From: Octopus vulgaris
Lineage: Eukaryota
Direction of reading: 5' to 3'
DNA length: 64,000 bases
Assembly: GCA_951406725.2 (NCBI GenBank)
Contig: OX597819.1
Coordinates: 19,220,001 to 19,284,000 of the forward strand
Positions 11,490 to 26,871 of the stretch are shown piece by piece (the stretch's first letter is position 1; every line of letters begins with the position of its first letter). The notes below the pieces were generated by a model. That model was given only the letters and a program-made list of their open reading frames with translations, made no database searches and was not told the DNA's origin. A program made the position numbers and the translations under genes.

Positions 11490-12201
11490 AAGAGAGAGAG
11501 AGACAGAAGGAGACAGAGAGGGAGAGAGAGAATGGTGACAGAGATATTAAGAAACGTTGCCGAATCAAAAATTTTAGCTGGATATTAAATATACATTGTT
11601 CTTAAACTTTTATGGATAAATTTCGCAAATATTGCGTATGTCAAATTCTAACAATTAATCAAAGGCAGTAAGTGGCGTCTAAGAGAAATCCATAATTCTC
11701 TCATTTTATGGAATAAATTAGAAAAAAAAAAATCCTCATATAAAACTGCCAAAGAAAATGTGAACAATTTATCAAATAACATTATGTTTAGTGTCATCTC
11801 AATTTTAATTAAAATTTCACTTTCGCAATAGTTAACACCTAGATTGAAAACGTCGGCGTTGATTTTTATAATTCACGGTACAAATAGATGTGTGCATATA
11901 TAAATATATGTGTGTATGTGAAATTGTCTGTGAGTGCGTGTGAGCTTCTGTTAGCTTATATGTGTGCGAGTGTATGAGTAATGCGTGTCTCCGTGCTGAG
12001 AGAGTTTTTTTTGTGATAAAAGTAGAAAATAGAGCAAATCGCTTGAGATATATTTATGTAGATATGCGTGTGTGTATCAATATATGTGTATATATGTGCG
12101 TGGGTGCACATCTATATGAATGTCTAAGACTGTATATGAAAAAGAATATGTGCGTCATATATGTATATATATATATACATATGTATATATATATATATAT
12201 A

Positions 12202-12288
<87 letters not shown>

Positions 12289-12506
12289 TTATCTGCATAT
12301 ATCTGTATATATGTGTGTGTGTTTTATGTGTGATTCGGTGTGTGTAAGTTAGTGTGTAGGTCTGCGTGTGTGTGTATAGTTTTAAATAGCCGGATACTGT
12401 TAATTGTGTAATAGCATTTGTCTTCCTATACTCAAATACACCCAGACTGACGCACAAATCACACAATCACACACATGTGTATGTACATGCACATGTGTGT
12501 TTAATT

Positions 12507-12542
<36 letters not shown>

Positions 12543-12556
12543 ACACACACAGACTC

Positions 12557-12587
<31 letters not shown>

Positions 12588-12605
12588 AGTGTCTGTGTGT
12601 GTGTT

Positions 12606-12975
12606 TATTTGTTTCAGAGATTCGACTTTAGTGGAACAAATCGACCCCCAGGTCTTATTCTTTGTAAGCCTAGTACTTATTTTATCGGCCCCTTTGGTCG
12701 GAAAGCTATTTTACGGGGACGTAACCGCAGCAACATCGGTTGTCAAGTGATGGTCGGGTAGAAACACACACACACAAACACACACACACACACCCACACA
12801 TACACACACATATATATATATATATATGTATATATATACACGACGGGCTTCTTTCAGTTTCCGTCTACCAAATCCATTCACAAGGATTTGGTTAACTCGA
12901 GGCTGTAGCAGAACACACATGGCCAAGATGCCACGCAGTGGGACTTAACCCGGAACCACACAGTCAGTCCTATGT
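12606..12975 (-). mobile_element. SINE, family A
   Basis: Reverse complement colinear with 2450-2868; head and tail partly deleted. Confidence 0.85.
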
Positions 12976-13275
12976 ACATATTATATATGTATATATATAT
13001 ATATATACACATCCATAGATGTATCTAGATATATGCAAATGCACATTTAATATCTGCAATTTGTACGTCAACTGTATTCCTTCGAGGTTTTGCTTATTTC
13101 TGAAAAGGATCACTTCTTTTTCCTTTTTTCTTTTTTTTTTTTTTTGCATTTCTAAATATTCTGAGCGTAATTCTGATACGCCATGTATTCTTTTTCAATC
13201 CCACAATAAAAAAGAACACATCCGCCGGCCATTTTCATGTTTTTAAGAATACCAATAACTACGCGTATACAAGCA

Positions 13276-13427
<152 letters not shown>

Positions 13428-13644
13428 CATATGTATATATAGATACATGGATGCATAAATAGGTAGTTACATATATATATATACACCTAAACACACACGG
13501 ACACTCATATTTATATATATATATATATATATAAATATGTATATATATACACACATATGCATATATATATGTGTGTCTGTGTGTGTGCTTGTATGTGCAT
13601 ATATATAGAAATATATTGATAGATGCATAGATAGATAGATATGT

Positions 13645-13778
13645 GTGGGCGCATGGTGTATTGCTCAGTGAGTTGTGCTCATGATTTTACGATCGTGGGT
13701 TCAATTCCTAGACCGGATGGTGCTTTGTGATATTGAGTGAAACATATCTCAATTCGCTGTGCGATCACTTCGGCACCT
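13645..13778 (+). mobile_element. tRNA-SINE head fragment
   Basis: ggcgcatggtgtattg...gggttcaattcctagaccgg, A/B-box-like. Confidence 0.55.
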
Positions 13779-13864
13779 TATCAAACTACATATATTTGAT
13801 GGAGAGAGTGAACTCTGATCACTGAAAAGAAATCATTTGCCCAGATCGTTCGGCTAGAGCACAA

Positions 13865-13918
<54 letters not shown>

Positions 13919-13931
13919 ATATATACACACA

Positions 13932-14094
13932 CAGTAATCCCTTGCCATATGGCGGTTCACCAATCGGCACCTAGTATATCGCGGATTTCTGCGCCCTATA
14001 GGTATTTAGTTGTTTTTATGGGGGGTGGGGGGTCATTTCTGTGGGGGTAGGGGTTGGAACATCCCCACACCCTCCAATAGTCGTGGGATTTCTG
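13932..14094. mobile_element. pogo/Tigger-like MITE
   Basis: CAGTAATCCC...GGGATTTCTG followed by TA; related to 32665-32869. Confidence 0.65.
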
Positions 14095-14129
14095 TATGCT
14101 TGTATGTGTAAGCCTATATAACATCTAAT

Positions 14130-14295
14130 CGGTTTTGCTTCTTGACACTGCCGTACCTCAAACTTTTCTCTGCTCGCGCGAAAAACCAAATGCCCGGCTG
14201 ATGCAAATCAATCCAGAAGCGGAGTTCAGCATTTCATCGGTTTCCGTGGCGCTTTTGCTCAGTTTAACACAAATTTTTATTTGGATAACGAGCTT
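14130..14295 (-). pseudogene. Mariner transposase N-terminal HTH relic
   Basis: Translates IKICVKLSKSATETDEMLNSASGLICISRAFGF, resembling mariner IKFCVKLGKSATET.EML..AYG..C.SR..VF. Confidence 0.75.
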
Positions 14296-14873
14296 CCGAA
14301 TTTACCTCACGGCCCAGCTGCCTTCTTTGAGCTAGTCAGCTGCGACAATCAGTATTTCGTACGGTGCGATCAATGTGCTGCCAGAGCCGTCTCCTTCAAC
14401 CTGGTATGAAAGGAGTTGAGACATTACAAGATGTACAGTTATGATATAGTAAAACTATACATATGCGTGTATGTGTTTGTGTGCTTGTGTGTGCGTTTGT
14501 GAGTGCGTGCAAATGTGTGTGCGTGTAGTGTTATTTCCTCAAACCTAGTACAATATCCTTCAGCTAGTTGAAGACTATCTCATATTTGCTGATTTGAATT
14601 TTTTTCAAGGTATATATTATTGTTGTTGTTATTCGTGTTAATACAGTTGTTGTTTTCGTTTTGTTTCTTCGTTTCCTAATCTTCGTGTCATTTGTAAATA
14701 TGCTTCAATAAGCTACGATATACCTACCTTTCGTTACTATGGGAACACGCATTTATGAATAAATATTGTATGAGTCTATATATATGAAGCCCGCAGCCCT
14801 CTCTCTTTATATATGTATGTGTCTGTGTGTGCATCTAGATGAATATATCTTGGTATGCATAAATATATGGTGT

Positions 14874-14905
<32 letters not shown>

Positions 14906-15022
14906 GCACACATATATATATGCACACATATATACATATGCACACATATGAAAGAGAAAGAGAGTTACAGTTACTGAAATGTTTGTGCAGGTACGTATTT
15001 GTGTGTGTGCATGTGGATAAGT

Positions 15023-15072
<50 letters not shown>

Positions 15073-15682
15073 ACATACATAAACACGTAGACACACATGC
15101 GTATCTCTATGTTTTTTTCATGTGTACGAAAGTGTATATACGGATATGTTACCATTTACTCTCGTATGCGCATATAAAACATAATTGTTTTATATATCCA
15201 TCGATTTATATATCTTAAAACATGCAGAGCTATAAAAATAAAAACTAATTCAAGAAATAATAATAAATAAATGTGCGAATTAAAAAAAAAATGCATTTTG
15301 TTTTTCAGCCCAATATTTATATTCCGATTTTAGGAAAAAACAAAAATGTTTTTCCACTAAAAGGATTTCTTCAACGTATTTTAGTGAAGAATTTTATTAA
15401 AGAAACTTATTATTTCTGCTTCGTTTGTTTTACCATACTCTTATGAGTCCAATTATTTCTAAGTATTCATTTAAACCTACAGGAATATAATACGTTCGTT
15501 TTTTTTAAATTTTGTTTTTCTTAGTTTTGTGTGTGTAGATATTTTTTTCCAATATTTGTTGTTTTCTATTTTCCATATCCGGGTTTTCACATTTATTCAT
15601 GCTTGCCGCATAATTCACGATCCTAGATATAGATAAATAGGTACAAATGCTTACATGCATGTATTTGCATATGCCTACATAA

Positions 15683-15713
<31 letters not shown>

Positions 15714-16294
15714 GATAGATAGATAGAGAGAGAGGGGGACAGAGACAGACAGACAGACAGAAGTATATAATATGCATGTGCTTATACACGTTTTCATGTG
15801 ATCTGTGTAAATATATGTAATTTCATACATGTATATACATGTAAAATATCTACATATCAGTATATATATATATATATTGTGCATGCATAGTGTATATAGT
15901 GAGAAAGAGAGAGCGAGAGAGAGGGAGAGAGATATGGAGAGATGGAAAATAGCATATAAAGAAAGATACATAATATGATAGAAGCACAGAAGTAAATATA
16001 TAGATATGTGCATAAATGCATGAGGTTACACGTTCGTTAAAATCAATATAACACATGTAGAGAAATTGACTGCATCTTTCTTGCTGACCATTCTTGCCAG
16101 CTAACCCACGTGTTAAGTATTCAATAACTCAACCGTGTTACTTCGATCTACATGAGTGCTTACACTTGTTGGACACGATTTATACCTTTGTCGGGTGTAG
16201 CCACATCCATTAACTTTAAATAGAGCAATTGACAAAATTTGATATGTATACCTTTCTTAACTAAATTTGTTATGTCAATAGCTAGATTTAGGAG

Positions 16295-16457
16295 TGTTTA
16301 GTTCAACATTAAACAGCCCTTATTCAGGGACCTTTTGAGCGCGATGCGCTGCACGATTTGAAGAACATTCTGACTGGGCCCTCCTGCAAGGTCCTCCCCT
16401 GTTTACCTTCATAGAAGATCACCATGTCGCGCACATATTGTTGTGATGCATGTGCCC
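16295..16457 (+). mobile_element. Internal fragment of the 7718-8268 repeat
   Basis: Shares ttaaacagcccttattcagggaccttttgagcg and atcaccatgtcgcgca; flanked by about 62-bp direct repeats. Confidence 0.8.
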
Positions 16458-17205
16458 CAAAATTTGATATGTGTACATTTCTTAACCAAATTTGGTTTGT
16501 TATCTCAATAGCTAGATTTAGGAGAAACTTAAATCCTTAATCTTGGTAGACTAACCTTCATTTGACTTAAATGTTTATCGCTTCTATATAAATAATATGA
16601 AGGTAAGAAAAACGTAAAGCTGAAATGGAATTTTTCTTTTCAAAAATTTATTGACCGGATATGAGAGACGGAAGTAATAAATAATTCAAAATGTTCCGCC
16701 ATTGTAACAAATGTAGAAAAGTACCTTGTACATAAGCAGCTGACTCCAGGTTCATATTTTCTTGCCACAGTGTTGATATACATAAAATTAACTAAACTAC
16801 GGATGGATGTAGACCATATGCTCAAATTGAAGATGACTAATCTAATGGTGATGTGGTGGGAACTACACGTATCCCGTACATAAATATTCATATGTTCAAT
16901 TTCCAGTTTAACTCTACAGCTTATCTCTAGAATTTACAGCCGGGTCTCTTATGACGTATCGTATAGGAATACATCTATGTATGCAATTCGAAAGAAGATA
17001 GAAAAATAGAACTACATCTAATCCATGAATACGCTTCCATTGCTTAAGTAGACTTTACAGTTAGAAGTGTAACACTATTGGTCGAGACCAATTTAAAGGT
17101 TAAATGCATTCCTGACAAATGGTACCTATATATTAATTTGCTGGTAGGACACCGTATTTCACTTTCAATGCTTAATATACTATCAAGTATATCAAAGGTT
17201 TATAA

Positions 17206-17575
17206 TCTATATATATAATGCTGAAGTTGTCTGTGTGTGGCAGGTTTGGCAGCCTTCAACTAACATTATCTCCTCCGAGACCCTGCGGCGCAAGGGCAAG
17301 AAGGCTTGCTTTTCCTTCCGTAGAAGAAATATTTCAAATCGGACCATGTTAACACCAAAAATTATTTACATCAAAAAGATGCTTTTTTCTATGAAAATCG
17401 CTATTTTTTTACGTTTGTTTTTTACTGCTGTGTCGCCATTTGTCGGTCTATTTCAACCAGAAAAATGTTCATTTAAAGAGAATAACAAGCTACATCATGC
17501 AAAATTTTTACTTTTCAAAAATTTTAATTCTAAAGGGTCGAAGCAAACCCGAGCAATGCCGGTTGATACTGCTAG
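17206..17575 (+). mobile_element. Complete non-autonomous Helitron, family H1
   Basis: A|TC start, subterminal hairpin remnant cccgagcaatgccgg, CTAG|T end, no TSD. Confidence 0.85.
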
Positions 17576-17629
17576 TAATGTTTAAAAGATGAAAACTATG
17601 CACAGTTAACACAAAATGTTAGGAGAAAG

Positions 17630-17841
17630 GATTCCCTGTGCAACACATTGTATTTCACGTTGCTTCATTTCACTCGACTGGTAACAATGGATCTAACTTT
17701 ATTTCAGGCGTGAATCTCTATAACTATGTTAAGGGCACGCGTGTCGTAGTCGGCTCAGCCACGTGTACGCTAATTTCAAGAACAATCTGTTCTACTGAGT
17801 AGATGAACTGCAACACTCATCGTATTAACCGACGAAGTGCC
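17630..17841 (+). mobile_element. Decayed SINE body and tail
   Basis: ctcagccacgtgtacgctaatttc...aaccgacgaagtgc is a reverse-complement match to the 57680-57800 tail. Confidence 0.6.
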
Positions 17842-17857
17842 AGTATATATACATATA

Positions 17858-17975
17858 CACTTTGGGGCGAAATTATCTGATTCATTTGAAGGTTTAATAA
17901 AAGCGAAATAGAGAAATGAATGAAAAAAAATGCTATTAAACCTACAAATGTGTCAGCCCATTTTGCCCCACATTG
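17858..17975. mobile_element. Tc1/mariner-type MITE
   Basis: About 42-bp imperfect TIRs (cactttggggcgaaa... / ...ttttgccccacattg) with TA on both sides. Confidence 0.7.
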
Positions 17976-18149
17976 TATATACATGCACAAACACGCACAC
18001 CTATACACATATATATATGCATATCGATACATACACGCATGTACGCCTATTGATATATATGTATGTTCCTGTGTTTTGTGTGTGTCTGTCGGTGTGTTTA
18101 CTTGTGTATGTACGAGTGTACTAAATGAAATGTATGACTACCTCTCATA

Positions 18150-18199
<50 letters not shown>

Positions 18200-18201
<2 letters not shown>

Positions 18202-18361
18202 CAAAATGGAACAAGAACGCAAAACATCCGGACAGCTTGGTGATACAAAAAGGGACGACAAAACATCCAGACGATACAAAGAAAACAAGGACGGGTCATT
18301 CGAAGTTTTCTTTCCTCAGTCAAGCACCAGATTATCCTCGCAATTTCGGCTGATTATTCTT
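18200..18361. repeat. Interspersed repeat related to 26872-27095 (possible Penelope pLTR)
   Basis: Shared caagaacg, ggacggg..ttcgaag, cagtcaag and tcgcaatttcggctgatta segments; both lie next to TA/TG tracts. Confidence 0.65.
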
Positions 18362-18499
18362 ATATATTGTTATATATATATTTCTTATATTCGTATATAT
18401 ATATAAATTTCTTGGGCGGATTGGTTCGGTCAACGAGAAACCAAACAGTCTCAAAAAGAGAAAGAGTGAATTAGCATGAAAGCAAAAATGATGTGCCAG

Positions 18500-18715
18500 A
18501 AGGTTGGTGCTCCATCGCAATGACGAAGCCAGCAATGTTGGGGCAGGGTTTATGTTGATTACCTCGACCACATTGCTCAGCTGGGACGTGGTTTTTTGTT
18601 TTTCCTCGACCACGGAAGGAAGAAAGGCAAAGTTGACCTAGGTGGAATTTGAACTCAGAAAGTAAAACGGATGAAAAGTATTATCATAGGTTTGCAAACG
18701 GTTCTGCTAGCTAGC
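18500..18715 (-). mobile_element. SINE, family B
   Basis: aaaggcaaagttgacctaggtggaatttgaactcagaa. Confidence 0.65.
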
Positions 18716-18716
18716 C

Positions 18717-18956
<240 letters not shown>

Positions 18957-20218
18957 AGTCTAGTAATTCTAGCTTAGAGCCATTTATTGCTGACGATTTT
19001 GTTGTACGTGTCAAGTTTGAAGATATCACTGATCGAGGCTTCAAATGTTTTACGATATTTGATGACACATCAACCAAAAAGTGGACGAAACTAAACTGTT
19101 TTCCATGGATTTGTGCGCAGTCACGACTTGTTTTTATTTTCATTTTTTAAACGGAATGCATTAAATGCCATTGTTGTAAGTTCTTGACGCACCTTCCAAC
19201 AATTCTCCACTTGATGAAAAGCTATAAATTAAAACACTTATGCTTCTTATTGAGTAATTATTAAAATATTCATTTTAAAAGCTATCTGCAAGCCAAACGT
19301 AACATTTGAAATTAAAAGTACTTTCATGTTTATTGTAGTCGCTGTTAACAAGCCATTCCTCGTAAATATATGGAAACCGTTTTTGCTGCATTTCTCAAGC
19401 TGATGACGTTGATATGGTGAGAAATTATGAGTTCCTCACGATAGTTAATTTTTTTATTTCCTTCCAAGTGCTTCGAGATGCATGCAATCCAGTATATGGT
19501 AGACATTTTCTTCGTTTGTATGTCTGTCTTTTTGGAGTTTTTTTTTTTTTTTTGAGAAAACATAAACATAACGAGCTGTTTGTGAAACCTAATTAGATTT
19601 GAATTCGTCTGGTGAGAATGAAGATATTCTTACGATTGCTTCTTTTTCCCTTTGATGTTACTGTTTATACTTCTTTTACACCCTCTTAAAATCGTCCCGA
19701 ACCGGCTTCATTCTGATCCATGTGAGCGGGTTTTTAAAAACATATACTTACATCTTTCTTTCTCCTACTACTTGATTTTCAAAATTATTTAGTTCCTCCA
19801 TCACCATGAGAAGGATATTCTTTTAGCGTGTTGACAGTTGCAGGCATAATGGTGTGAAAGTAGATTTAATTAGATTTAACTTAGTTACGTATTTTTGTTT
19901 TTATATATCAAGTATACATATAGAAAGAATGACAAATGTAAAACTATTTCCGTGGCTTTTGACAGCAAGTATTCACTGGTTTAATCAGCGGAACTACCGC
20001 AGTAAATTAATCAGCAAACAGTCAAATATTTCCAGTGATGTTTTCATCATTAACCTTAGCCTGAGGCAGAGTTAGTATGACATGGAACAGAGCAGGGCTG
20101 GACGTTTGAAATAAGAATAATCTATGACCAAAAAGCGAGCTCACAAGAAAATGGTAAAGACAGTCTCAAGTTCTATGAACGACGTCGCATCGTGTTCTCC
20201 TTAATCATTCGCCCAGAG

Positions 20219-20605
<387 letters not shown>

Positions 20606-21580
20606 TACGAACAGATACACTTCAAAAGTAGTTATGCGTACACATCCAGCACCACACCTACCCACGTACATAAATGTTTATGTCAATATGTTGATAAATT
20701 AATACGTAAATATAAAATGCGTATATAATACCATGTAATATGCTACGCTGTATATATTTCTCTATGTGCCAGTGAGTGTAAGCGTATATGTGCATTTGCG
20801 CGTGCGTATCAATAAGTATATAATAAACATATACATTAAACTCTTTTTACATTTATGTTTTAGTGTTTGCATGCTTTCGAATAGCGCATCTGCATTGCAT
20901 TGTTGCGTGTTTGTGTTGCTGTATATGTAGTAAGTGTATCAAGGCAAAGTCAAGTTAATGTGAGTGCAAATACAACTAACAGTATATCAATATTACGTAT
21001 ATACACTTCAGTACAGCTATATTTTCCACCATATACACTCTGAACTAGGCCTAAAGCTTTCTATGCATTCTTGTCATATTCATCACTAATTTCTGAAAAC
21101 AGCTCCGATATTATTTATCAATAATCATTATTATTAAGTATTCATCAGTTTATATTGTCTCCAGGTTATATTTTTTTTTCATCCTCTGCTTCTCTGAAAA
21201 GTTCTATATTTATATACATTTCTACAATACACTTTCGTCCTACATTTCTACATTAAACTCAATATTGGAGTTTGATGGTGAAGTCTATTGACATGTCATG
21301 TTGTAAACAACTTATTTTAAAGAGATTGTCTGTATCGTCTCTCAAGGCCAGAATCTCCCATCGCGGGAGGGAACTTTAATGATGTTGCTTTAATAGTGAT
21401 CACGTGTGTCACATTATCACATTAAAATACGTAATTAACGATTCATTTTTTTAAAAATATATTTTCTTGTACATTGTTGTTTTCTGCCATCGAAATCTGA
21501 GACAGCTGGAGCAAATATTGAAATATAATCACTCAAGTTTATCGGCCAAAAGTAGCCATATATATATATATATATATATA

Positions 21581-21889
21581 TCACGTGATCACGTCGTGAC
21601 CGACCACGCTATCAGATGTTGTTACATATCGCTGGTCACAATGCACTTCGCATTTTTTTGCATTCAAATGATGCCACCCCGCTGGTTAAGCGAGCAGGCT
21701 AACAGAAAAAAGAGTGAGAGAAAGTTGTGGCGAAAGAGTACGGCAGGGATCACCACCACCCCGCGGCGGCGGCTAGTGGAGCTTCAGGTGTTTCCGCTCA
21801 ATACACACTCACAACGCCCGGTCTCGGAATCGTAACCGCGATCCTACGACCGCGTTCCCGCTGCCTTAATCACTGCGCCATTGCACCTC

Positions 21890-21890
<1 letters not shown>
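21581..21890 (-). mobile_element. tRNA-SINE, family C head with tail type 1
   Basis: Head and core colinear with 57885-58065; different tail ending in tcacgtgatcacg. Confidence 0.85.
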
Positions 21891-21938
<48 letters not shown>

Positions 21939-22559
21939 CTGTGTTGTGTGTGTGTGTGTGTCTGTGTTGTGTGTGTGTGTGTGTGCGTGTGTGTGTGTGT
22001 GTGTATGCGGCTAACATTTGTGCTTGTACATGAGCAAGGAAAACGAATCGAAGGACTTAACAGCTAACCAGTCTGAAGCAACACCGCAACCGACAGCGAA
22101 AATAACATCAGTAAAACGTAAGGCAGCAGCAATTGCAAGGGCTTTGGGGGCGACCAAGAGCATTTGTTAGGGCATACTTCCGCAGGAAAACACCACGCTG
22201 CCTCAAATCCATAAAATACATACTTGCACATACAAAAAGCCTCGTACATCCATCTCTTTCCTCAACCCCAAACATATCTGACTCTCAGACTTTGTGAGGA
22301 TAAGGGATGAAGAGGAGCACGTAACTGGATATAGTTTCCGTTGGCATGAAGAGGAAGACAGAAGAAAGCTCAATGAAAATACAGAAATCCTATCGACTGG
22401 CTACCAACGAGCATGGCATGAGCCTCCACCAGTAACATTGATAAAACCGCCAATGCTAGAACAATGCTAACAGCTAAAATACACGAAGAATGATGGTGAA
22501 AATAACAAAAGGAAGCAACATATTCCATAATAATATTTTAGGCATAGGCAAGCGAATGG

Positions 22560-23420
22560 TTAGATGCCACCATGCTGTTGTTAGTTGATTTACATGTCTA
22601 AGAAGAGGCGTTGAGAGAATAAGATACCACTGGCTCTCTTATCCTTTCTCTAAATAGACCATCAATACGTAACAGCCATCTCGATAGAAAATTGCCACAG
22701 TACACCCTCACCGCGAGCAACATGAAGTAAAATACTGTTACTTGACACAACACTACATCATAAGAAATTATGTTCTTTGAAGAACTTCCTTTCAAAACAC
22801 TTCCACACACATTCCAAATGATGACTTCGCATATATAAGGAAAATATTTCCTTCTTGTGTCAGGATTTGACGCGACTGAGTGTAAAACAAATCTTTGGGG
22901 ACGTCGTTTGTAGAAGCATACTCTTCGAAAATACTAGTTATCGAGTCCTTCTTCTATTCCAAAACAATTTCTGAGCAAAATGGCCATATTCAAATGTATA
23001 GAACTTGCGTCTGGCCTCGAAGCAATTTCATCTGCACAACCTCAGTCACCAACGAAATGGTACTGTGATCATTTGTGCGAACCGGAATTGGAGAATAAGG
23101 TTATCAGGACCTTTTAATTGACGAGGATCAGTTGATGTGAGAAGAATGTTTCTTATGGTAATGATTAGATATAATGGTATATCTCCTGAATAGAGATCTA
23201 GTCGATGTTACTTGTGCTGGGCTGTAGAGTAAATGATGTCTATATCCATGTTGCGGCCAGAGCACGGATCAAAGATTGCTTCAAGTGTCTTGACGCAATC
23301 TACATATCTGTTCAGTGGTTAGCATAAATGTCCATCAATTGGAATTGATTATCAGACTAGAATGAAACCAGCGGTTCATGGCTTTTCTTTTTTATCCAAT
23401 GTAGTGCAAACTGGGTTAAA
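22560..23420 (-). pseudogene. Possible very decayed LINE RT relic
   Basis: Non-repetitive block with faint RT-like peptides (LDKKKSHEP; DNLILQFRF) in plausible order and many stops. Confidence 0.25.
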
Positions 23421-23728
23421 TTGTGTCATGTACAAAATGCGATGCGAGTGGCGTAACACATTGATGCTGGAGTAAGTCAAGAACCGACAACAGAGAAAGA
23501 AACAATTATTCTGGTCTGAACCATTTTTAAGGAACCATAATATCTGGAATATTCGTACCTTCTGCAAGTCTGGCCTGATACGTTTAGAAATTAAATATAT
23601 GCTTCTGTACAAGATTACAGACTTAGTCGAGAACGTATATAAAGAGCCAGTTCTATCTCAATTCGCAGTTTGTGCTGAAATATCTGGCCTTATTGAAACA
23701 CTACAGAACATTGCTAATTTCAGATACG

Positions 23729-23782
<54 letters not shown>

Positions 23783-23853
23783 CATATATATACATATATA
23801 TTTATTTATATATATATATACGTTTAAATATTTGTTGTGCAAGACTTTTTATG

Positions 23854-23886
23854 TGAAGTCACAGGAGTGTGACGAAAGATCTCTGG
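23854..23886 (+). ncRNA. 5'-truncated hammerhead motif
   Basis: TGA-a-gtcac(aggagt)gtgac-GAAA-gatc-TC-tgg. Perfect stem II and palindromic stem III; CUGA and stem I are lost. Confidence 0.5.
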
Positions 23887-24005
23887 CCGAAATAAGATTA
23901 AGATTAATGTAAAAAATAAATAACACTGAAGCAAAGTAACACCAAATATATAGTGCGTGTGTTTTTATTGGCTAAACTGGCAAAACGACCATTCCGAAAT
24001 ATAAC

Positions 24006-24071
<66 letters not shown>

Positions 24072-24379
24072 AAAAGGGTGAAATATAATTAAGTTAATAA
24101 AATTAATAAATTTCACCTAGTAGTTTATCGGTATGGAAAATACCATATTTGGTAAGGATTATATTAATTATAATAAAGGGTTAATTGCAACAAGTTGCAA
24201 TCCTGATTGTTTGTGGAGACTTTTTTACTAGTAGGGAAATGGTGACCTATTTGGCTGCCATTTCTAGCATTTTTGGTATGTGGTTTTGAGCAAAGTGACC
24301 GTGGTGGTGGTGGTGCTGGTGGTGCTGGTTGGCGTTGTAGTAGCATTTCATTGGTTGTAGTAGTAGCAGCAGCAGCAGC

Positions 24380-24607
24380 AGTGGAAGTGACCGTTAGTAG
24401 CTGTAGAAATGAGTCGTGACGTCGCAGGTGCCAAGCTGTATCGGCCCCTTTGCCTTTCCCTTGGATAACACTGGTGGTGTGGAGAGGGGGGCGGTGTGCA
24501 TGGGTGACTGCTGGTCTTCCATAAACAACCATGCCCGGACTTGTGCCTAGGAGGATAACTTTCTGGGTGCAAACCCACAGTCAGTCTTGACCGAAGGGGG
24601 TCTTTCA
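24380..24607. repeat. Probable interspersed repeat (SINE tail-like, GC-richer block)
   Basis: GC-rich island between microsatellites; recalled as an octopus repeat, no second copy in the window. Confidence 0.4.
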
Positions 24608-24637
24608 CTCTCTCTCTCCATATATATATATATATAT

Positions 24638-24755
24638 ACGATTGGCTTCTTTCAGTTTCCCCCTACAAAATCAACTCACAACGCTACAATAATAGACATT
24701 TGCAGAAGGTGCCACGCAGTGGGACTGAACCTGGAACCATGTGGTTGGTAAGCAA
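24638..24755 (-). mobile_element. SINE, family A, 5' fragment
   Basis: gtgccacgcagtgggactgaacctggaaccatgtggttggtaagc. Confidence 0.85.
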
Positions 24756-25397
24756 AGACAGACATATAAGTAGATAGATAGGTACATGGAAAGACAGGTA
24801 TATATATATATATATAGAAAGAGAGAGAGAGGGAGAGAGAGAGAGAGAGAGATAGAGAGAGAGCCAGACTGACAGAGATAGGTAGATAGGTAGATAGGTA
24901 GATGCGAGAGTGTGTGTCTGTATATGTATGTTTGTCCATGTTTATATATACATGTATATGATTATGTGCACATGCACATATATGCACTCAAACAAACACG
25001 CGCAAAAACACACACCTACACACACACACTCATCCATGATATTTATCAAAATTCTCCGTTGTATTTCGTGGTGCGAGATCATCGCAAGATTCAATGCAAA
25101 TCTACAGTCAAATAAATTATTACATGTATACTACTAATTTTTTTCTTTGTTAAGACTGAGAAAAGAAACTACGTTTTTAATTTTCTGAAATACCTTACTG
25201 ATAAAAAAAGAATGCTGAAAATCAATAAGAAATCGAAAAAGAAAATGTAAGAGTCTAATACACCTTTTTTTGTTTGTTTATGTCTTACGAGCTTTTATTT
25301 TTTGCATCTGCGCATGTACAAAAAATTGATGAGTTGATGTTTTTGTATCTTTTCTTCAATATTGTAATAGGATGTTTACTTCGATTTTTCATTCTTG

Positions 25398-25480
<83 letters not shown>

Positions 25481-26296
25481 TTTTGCACATGACCCTATGG
25501 CAGTTGAGTTCATTTTTATCCAGTCTGCTGACTTGCATAGCACTCTCTATATTCAGAGTCGACTCCATATTCATGTGTTTTCCAGTTTCAATATTTCTAA
25601 AATCACAAATCTGTTCTATAATGTAGAACAAACAGGAAGCTCTGTTTTGTATCTGAGTAGCATCTGTTCCTTCTTGCCAATTATCTTCATCATACGCACG
25701 TTGCCACACTACATTTTAAAAATAAATCATCGCAAATGCTGTTCACATCATGCAAATTTTATAATTCTCTGCTGTTCCTGCTGTCAATTCGAAACATATT
25801 GCAAAGTGCAAACATACTTGACTCATTTCCGTAAACGACACTTTAAATAGAGTTGTAATATACATGTAGGTGCGATAAGTAAGTAAATTCTAGGAATTCA
25901 TCTCCAAACAACATTTGGATGGGATATCTGGGTGCTGAACTGCCAAGAATTGCTACAATCTCTAAAACAACCCTAACGCTATCGATTCCAAATCATTTTA
26001 CCAATATCTCTAACTACCCAAAGAATTGTCCGTTTTCCTCTCCAGAGGAGTTTCCTTCTTTCCGTTTAATTTGGAGGATTACAAACGTGGAAATCTTACG
26101 TGTACCGCAGTAAAACAAATGCTTAAACATGCCGTACCATATTTTGGTGCAGATTATCAGGAGTTAAATAATAGTGAATCACAAACGGGAATATGCTATT
26201 AATAGAGTGAACATCGTATGTCAATGTACCTGCCTGTCTGCCTAACTACCTCCTTCCCTCCCTACCTCCTTACCTACATAGCTACCTACCTTCCTA

Positions 26297-26582
<286 letters not shown>

Positions 26583-26636
26583 TATTGATCTACCAATCTT
26601 TGTCTGAGTTTTGTCAGTGGGTTTTGTCAGTGACGA

Positions 26637-26686
26637 CTTGCCTGAAGACCCTGTTAACCTAAAGGCGAAACTCAAATGTGTAGGAT
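26637..26686 (+). ncRNA. Degenerate type I hammerhead motif
   Basis: CTGAAGA-c cct(...)agg c-GAAA-ctc(aaat)gtg-TA-ggat. Core intact; all three stems carry mismatches. Confidence 0.4.
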
Positions 26687-26794
26687 AACTAGACGAGAAA
26701 CTGTGTGCCTGTGTGTACATATATACATATACACATGTGTATATATATAAATGTTTGTGTGTGGGTATACTTATATTCATATATATATATGCAT

Positions 26795-26857
<63 letters not shown>

Positions 26858-26871
26858 AAAGTAAAAAAAAT

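Noticed and set aside
25480-25720. Possible host exon on the minus strand
   Set aside because: No recognisable homology, weak splice context, and it runs into a microsatellite.
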